DNA of 64,000 nucleotides, taken from assembly GCF_009914755.1 (NCBI RefSeq), contig NC_060931.1; one strand, 5' to 3'. Both the position numbers and the translations under genes were made by a program. This DNA is from the human T2T-CHM13v2.0 reference genome, Homo sapiens. Below are positions 56,772 through 64,000 of this stretch, piece by piece (within the stretch, counting starts at the first letter, position 1; the number at the start of each line of letters is the position of its first letter). Under the pieces are notes generated by a model. It was not told where the DNA came from. It made no database searches and worked only from the letters and a program-made list of their open reading frames with translations.

Positions 56772-57596
56772 AATCCAGTACTTAGAAAATTATGAGAAGC
56801 AATCTACTTCATTTTAGTGTAGCTGTTACATCAAAATTTGACAATGTAATAGAGGAAAGAAAACATAAACAGTCCTTTGTAAACATGAACAATTAATGTC
56901 TTACATAAGCTTTAAAGCTCTTAAACAAAACCCAGTTAGTCAAACAAGCAACAAACAAATATTTGTGTGCAAGTTCAATTTATTGTGAGGATGCAAGAAT
57001 GATTTAGAGTTAGAAATTCCATTCATAATTTATCACAGTAGGTTCAAAGAAAAAAAGCATATTAGCATTATAATAGGTCCTGAAAAAGCAACACCCATTC
57101 TCCACGTTGAAAAAAAACAACAAAAACTCTACTAGGAATAAGTGAATGTTTGTTTCTATAATATGAGAAAGAATATGGATACTAAATAGCCAATGTCATA
57201 ATTCATGCTAAAATATGAGAATTTAGAATCAAGAGAAGGATGTCCCTTCTTTTTTATTTTATTTAACATTGTTCTGAAGTCCTAGCTATGCAAATTATAC
57301 AATGAATGGAAGTTCAATAATTACTCTGGGAAGGAAGAAGAAACAAATCACATTATTTATGATTATACATCCAGAAAACCCTAAGATTCATGGAAAATCT
57401 ATTAGAACAAACATGTAAGAAAAAACACACAATAGCTGTTATATCCTGCCCAGTATCTTTCAAGCCTAGAATGGAATTTGAAGATGCAAGATGTTTCCAC
57501 ATAAGCCTGTTGAAAATGCAGACAGAGCCCAGAGTAAGGAGGAGGTGTCTTTGCCTGATTCTCCCTTCTCTCTTTCTAGCCTGCGCATTTTCATTC

Positions 57597-57648
57597 TTCT
57601 CCTCTCCCTCCTGTCTCTCTCTCTCTCTCTCTCTTTTTCTCTCTCCTT
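57597..57648. repeat. (CT)n-rich low-complexity tract
   Basis: Read directly. Confidence 0.9.
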
Positions 57649-60491
57649 CACAAACACAAACATACAGCCCTTGGGCATCTGCTAGATAGAAGGAGAATCA
57701 AATTCTCTGCTCTTTTCTCCTGCTTATGGAGGAAAATAGAGGTGTAGACCTGACAAAGTGTTTGCATTTGATTGGAAATATTTAAAAAAAAATAGCTAAT
57801 TTTGAAACTTCCTCTGGATTTTCCTGATTTTAAGGATGGGGCCTTTTTTGGCTTAGCAGATCACTCTGATGAGTGTAATGCCAGGATGGAGTATAGTGAT
57901 CATATTTGGAAGAGAATACACATAGAGAAGCTCAGAGATTGATGTGATCTGAAGAACAAAAATCCTCAGCATTAGGAACAGCCAGATACTGGGGAGAAAT
58001 GGACAAGGACCTGAGCGAGAGGAGAAGAAATTGAGTAAGTCTGGCAATATTGTGGGAGAGTTGGGTTAGGAGAAAAGGGTGCAAAGCAAAGCAAAAACCC
58101 TACTAGCCCATGTAGCTTTCAGAGCCAACTGTTCATGAAAGACGTCTGCACATGTCTACTTTGTCTCCTCCAATTCACACTTCAAAGAATTCCAGTCTAG
58201 TTTTCTCCCCAGAGACATCTCTGATCCTGCCCTTGTCCAAACCGACTACTACATCCATACTCCAAATCCAAGATTTATTTTCTTGGCCATTTTATTTGAC
58301 CTCTCAGTGGCACTCAAGGCAGTTAATAATACAGTCAGCTACTTGCAATTTCTTGCATAACTTCTCTGCTCTCCCTTCCTTTTCACAGCATACCCCCTCT
58401 TGGTACACATTGCTGGGCAGGACAATCCTAGTGTTGAAAGTTGGTGGAGTTAAAGTACAATAAAAATTACATAAAATAATAAATTTCAAATGCAGTGACA
58501 TTGAATACAGATCATGGGGATCACTGATCTAAAGTGATCCTAGACATGAGAATGGACTAATCTCATTTCATAAAAATGTATACTTTATGTAGAGTTTAAT
58601 TTAAATTATGGTGTGATATCCAATAATAGCATCTCTCATTGGGACACCCTGGGTTCTTGTCTGTACAAGAGAGAGAAAGAGGGCAGGGAGGATGTGGTCT
58701 AAAACCAACTGATGCTGATCTGATCAACTGTTGCTGATCTGCAGCCCCATTTGGGTAAGATGTAGCAGATGGGGGAAAAGAAAGCTCCCAGGAGGGAAGA
58801 TGGAAATTCCAGGATGCCTCATGTTGTCTGGACAAATGAACCTAAAGCCAAAAGGTCAGCTTGATTTGCTCTGCTACAGACTTAGAGTTCTCCGAATGCA
58901 CAGGGCACACAGATAAGAGTCCTTCCCTGAAGGCACCATCGCAAACAACCCCCTCCCCCCATCAAGAATTCAAGAATGCCTCTCAAGATCTCCTTTCTGT
59001 TGTATCCCTGATCTACCCCTTTTTGCTGCCTCCAGAGCCCAGCAGTACGTTTTCTTACTCAGATAAAAATTCACCCCAGAGCTATCCAGTGTGGCCACAT
59101 GGAGTGACATGAGGGTTCAGGAGGCTCAGAGCCCTGTTGAAAAGTCAGTTAATGAAGGTTTTATACCTGGCATTGTGGAGACACCAAGCATCGCAGATGC
59201 AATCCTAGTCATGGAGGATATAACCGTGTACTTGGAGGAGACCAGTCACACATCTGAAAAAAGGAGAATATGAGTGCAAGGGAACATCAGTAAAGCTTCA
59301 GGGATTGTGAGTAAACAGGGCACAGAGATGAACAGGGCACCACCCAGACAGGGGACTAGGATGACTTCATTGAAAAATGGGACTTGACCTGGACTTGGAG
59401 TGGCATGTAGGATTTGGAAGTGTGTTGAAGAAGGAGTAGGGATTCCAGTGACAAGGACAGGGGCTGTGCTGACCACTGGTTCCTGTGGGAGGGAGCCCCC
59501 GACTCTCCAAACACCTCTTTTCTTTATCATGTTGGCCACATAAAGCAGCCTTCATTCTCTGAAGAGAAGGCTCATGTCTGACTCCACACAAGATGCACAA
59601 CTCAACACTTGTTGAATTAGGGATGGAGGAAGTCTGAGGGTGGCTTGTAGCTGCGCTCCTAACAGATAAAATTGGATCTCCCTTCCCTATGACTCTGTTT
59701 TTCTCTCATTATCTCTCCTGGTGTGAGTCTGCCATGTACTTTGTATAACACTGTTCTGGTGGAGGACACACGTTTTTATTGGAACCCAACAAAAGCACCC
59801 CCTGTTTGTGACTCCTTGGGATCCCCAACTATGCTCTCACTAGCTTGTGCATGGGATGGGATTACAAACTGTAAATCAAAAGAGAAGGCTACAGAATAAT
59901 TAACCACTGACACGACCCGAGTGATGACCAGCGAGCATGGACCTAGTACTCAAACACATGAGCTGCCTGTCCGACCTGTCAGGGCAGACACGGCCCAGAC
60001 CAACTTTTCACTCAGATTCTGCAAAGACTGAGCATTTAGTATTGTTTGTCTGGGAGGCCATGTGCTGCCAATCAGCACCATTAGAGACTGATTTCCCCAG
60101 AGAGCATGCAGAAGAACACAAGCTGCCCCAGCTCTCCCTCCTGCAGCTCATGCCTTGCCCACAGCCCTGGAGATCGTCTAAATATCTCGACATCCACTAT
60201 TTACTTCACTCTGTATGTAGTTTCCCCTACCTGGCAAAGCAAGAGCTGTTAAAACTATTCTCCTCATTTCTCTCACTTTCCCGGAATGGAAACTCCAGCC
60301 CCCATTTCAATTGTCTACACATCATTTCCACAGGTAGCTCCACTTACAGTGACTTCCATCCCCAAAGACCTACTTCTGTGCACATTCCCCGCTTTTGCCA
60401 CCATTCAATTCTATCTGTTCTATCTGATATCTTCACTGGTGTGTATGCATGTATTTAAAGATTTCCCAGAAGGAATTGGGACTGTTAGATC

Positions 60492-60783
<292 letters not shown>

Positions 60784-62239
60784 AATGGTTGGATCTTTAG
60801 AACTTCCTGTTCATAACTGTTGAGAAATTACTGTAAAGGGTTTAAACTCCAGGGCATGGAAGATTCCATCCTCTGGAGGCTTTGAACACCCCCCTCACCC
60901 TGTAATGAAGGGCACTGTGTGAGGCTTTGCCCTCCAGGCACAAGCAATTTTCTTAATTAAATATCGTCCTGTGGGAATGCAATGACCAAGACATAGTCTG
61001 AACAATCACTTAATAGGGATGAGAAAACACCTTTTAGCTAATCTACTTCTTGAACCGAAATCACAGTGTCATGTTGAAGTTGCTTTATAGCTGGCCAAAG
61101 ATTACCTTTAGGAAGAGTGTTTCTAAAGTCCTGTGAAAAAGTTCAGAAGGCTTCTTGAACATTAAACGAGTCTTACAACACAAGGTTCTAATGAGTTATT
61201 GTAATTGCAAATGAACCAGAAACAGATGGATTACATTTCCTATTGAAATACATAAGGGATTGAAAATTAAAGGGAAAAAAAGAATGATTGGCAAAATACA
61301 ATTTGCGGCTTGGCAAAAGCCAGCCACTTGGAATAATCATATCTAGTATGTGCCATGCCCAAAGTGTAGCCAGGTCAGCTAGGAGGGTGTTCTGTGGAAG
61401 TCCAGTGTTGAGAGCCGGATGCAGGTGAGGCCCAGGCCTGTGGTGGAGATTCTGGAATGCAGCTGCCAGATGAAAAGGAAGACTAGGGACAAACGAGGTG
61501 GAGCAGGTGAGGTAGGGCAGGGAAACGCACCAGAGCGGGTATCAGAGGAGAAAGATAGACGTGGAACACAGGCAGCTGACTTTGTGAAAGAATTTGGAGA
61601 GTAGAAGCCCCCTCTTCCCTCACTCCTACCCTAGCTCCTCCCACCTCCACCTGCCAGGCATGTGAAAGAGTCAGCTTGTTCTTTGAAAAGGGCACTGGCT
61701 CCTAGAGGTGGGGCTGAGCATCCAGATGTGCTTAGGAGCAGTGACTGAGTATGAGAGGGGATTTGAATAGGGCAATGGATTACACGCAAACTTCTCCCCT
61801 GGAAAGCAGGCAGAAGAATACGATTTGAACGAGAAGAATATAAAACATGAACATCAGATATAAACTATGAAAAATGCTTTGTTTTCAGTCTTCTCTGCAA
61901 AGTTAAATAAAGCCATTTGTTGGAAGCAATGAGGTTTGCTGGGCAGATGAAACCGTCAGATTTGTTGGGAGACGTTGACACCAAGGGGTTAGCTACAGAG
62001 AAATAAAAACAGCAGGAGCCCAGTCCAACTCTAGGAGGATGTGGCTTAAAGTCCAAGCTAGGTTACTGCAAAATTTGGAGATATGAAACATTTCCCTTTG
62101 CCTCTTTGTCAGGCCTTCCTTTCCCACACAGCTACATTAGCAGGAAATTCTCCAGCTAAGGCCGGCCTGCCTCCATCTCTTGAGCAGCCTCCTTGTAGGC
62201 TTGTTATAGGCTCTCAGTCCCTCGAGTCCAGGATATTGA

Positions 62240-62585
<346 letters not shown>

Positions 62586-64000
62586 GTTTTTTTTTTTTCC
62601 TTTTTAAAGCACTGAACACATCTTAGCCTGACAATATCATGTCACAGTTGTGTCCCCAAACCCTTTCACTTCACACTTGAAATATTCAACAGGAATATTG
62701 GACAAATAAAAGTTACAAAGTAACATAAGCTCTATTCAAAGAAATGACGGAAGAAACAAATGTAATTGGTCATTTCTCAAACATTTTGTGGTGACTCTGT
62801 CCTTATGTGATTCGTTTTTGGCACAGATTTCAGGATCTTTAAGGCCACTGTATTTAGATTACATTTTATAATGTCATAACCTTATAATTAACATATTGAA
62901 CATGCCCATGTTTTTCTTCTACCCTGCCTAGCAGCTTAGTTTGGACAAGGGAAATGTAGATAAGAAACTATTAATTATCTGCCAGAAAGAAAAAAAAAAG
63001 ACTACTTATCTTTTGGGGTAAAATAGATCTGAGCACACATAAGAATTATAACTATTTTTGCATAAAATAAATAGTCTCCTTTTGGTGTTATCAAGAAGGC
63101 GTGGTGAGTTGTCATTTATCTTGTACTCCCAGCCCGCACTCTTGATCCTACTGTAACCCTTATTATTTGCAAAAGATGAAAGCAAGATCAGAATTTTGTG
63201 GAGCTGGGAATTGAACTGTAGTTTTGTTGCAATAACAGTGAACGTCCTTGAAAGTGTCTCACTCATGAAGACTGTCTGGTTTATTATGATTCTCTGGTAT
63301 TTGGCATTTGGTATCAAGTCCAGCTGGATGAAATTATATCTGGGAAATTATCATCTATCTGATGCCAGTCTTCAAGTGTCACCAAAGCCCCCTTCATCTG
63401 GTAGGCAATTAAAGGAAGCTCTGGAGTCCTCGGGGACTTCTCAGCCCCCACTGAGTACAGTACACTTCAGATAAAGGAACTTTCAAGCTGATCTCATCTG
63501 TAAAGTTCTGGACCTGGAGAGGAAAGGCTGGGAGATGGGCTGTCCTGCCTGAGTCACTCCTTGCGGTCAAGTTAACAGGACAATGGTGAGCTTCTGCTTT
63601 GAGAAAAGGTACATACACTTTCTGTCCTGAGGACCCCTCCCCTTGCTCACCCTAGAGATGGCAAATGTGAAGAGCTGATTTATCTCTGCAGATTTGCAGC
63701 TTCTGGGATTCAGGAGTGGAGCCGCATTTGTATCCCTCTCCAGCCAGAGAAACTGGTGGACTTTCACACTGGCCAGTTGGATATGTGGAAGAAGAAATAA
63801 AGTTCATAACTTTGGGGATGCAAAGGAAACTGTTTTCATGATTCCCCAAAAAGCTAATCACAGGAGAGCTCTGTGAAGTTGGCCAAGGGCATGCTTTGAG
63901 AATGATAGATTTAACGTTTGCTTTCTTTGGCCTGGACGTTTCCCAGAGTCTCCTTATATCTTTTCTTGATACATAATGTGCATTCTAAGGGAGGCAAGGG

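Larger units (their letters stand above)
55470..57445 (+). mobile_element. Old L1 (L1M5/L1ME) ORF2 fragments, split by MLT1J
   Basis: aaagaataatacaacataatctaagagatttaattccaggaattaaggagttatttaatattag is a decayed [20 protein letters not shown] RT motif. Confidence 0.7.

Noticed and set aside
61690-61720. CTCF-like motif (ctggctcctagaggtgggg)
   Set aside because: Several mismatches at core positions

Overview
This is AT-rich, CpG-depleted primate (very probably human) non-coding DNA, either intergenic or inside a long intron. I see no protein-coding gene, tRNA/rRNA/snRNA, CpG island or CRISPR array. The supplied ORFs are repeat-derived or chance, apart from decayed L1 ORF2, ERVL gag/dUTPase and Tigger HTH remnants. 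Roughly half or more of the window is transposable elements. These include 13 Alu/FLAM copies (12 on the minus strand), and a nested L1 stack at 21.9-32.9 kb containing an end-to-end L1MC1/L1MCa with target-site duplication (TSD). There are also a two-LTR LTR16C/ERV3-16A3 provirus, a complete MSTB provirus with an ERV1 LTR inside, several solo LTRs, Tigger/hAT/mariner MITEs and MIR/L2/L3 fossils. The most unusual structure not explained by repeats is: (1) short templated duplications at 3.4-13.5 kb, including a multi-template insertion inside a MER2; (2) one clear and one probable poly(A)-tailed, TSD-flanked retrocopy of unidentified mRNA 3' ends; (3) an expanded MADE1/miR-548-type hairpin; (4) candidate regulatory motifs, namely a perfect DUX4 site in THE1D, an NF-kB site created by a 13-bp duplication, and (GGAA)13; (5) possible plus-strand lncRNA terminal exons. 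I find no support for a genuinely new biological system. Repeat subfamily names come from remembered consensus sequences and need RepeatMasker/Dfam confirmation. I could not identify the chromosomal locus.
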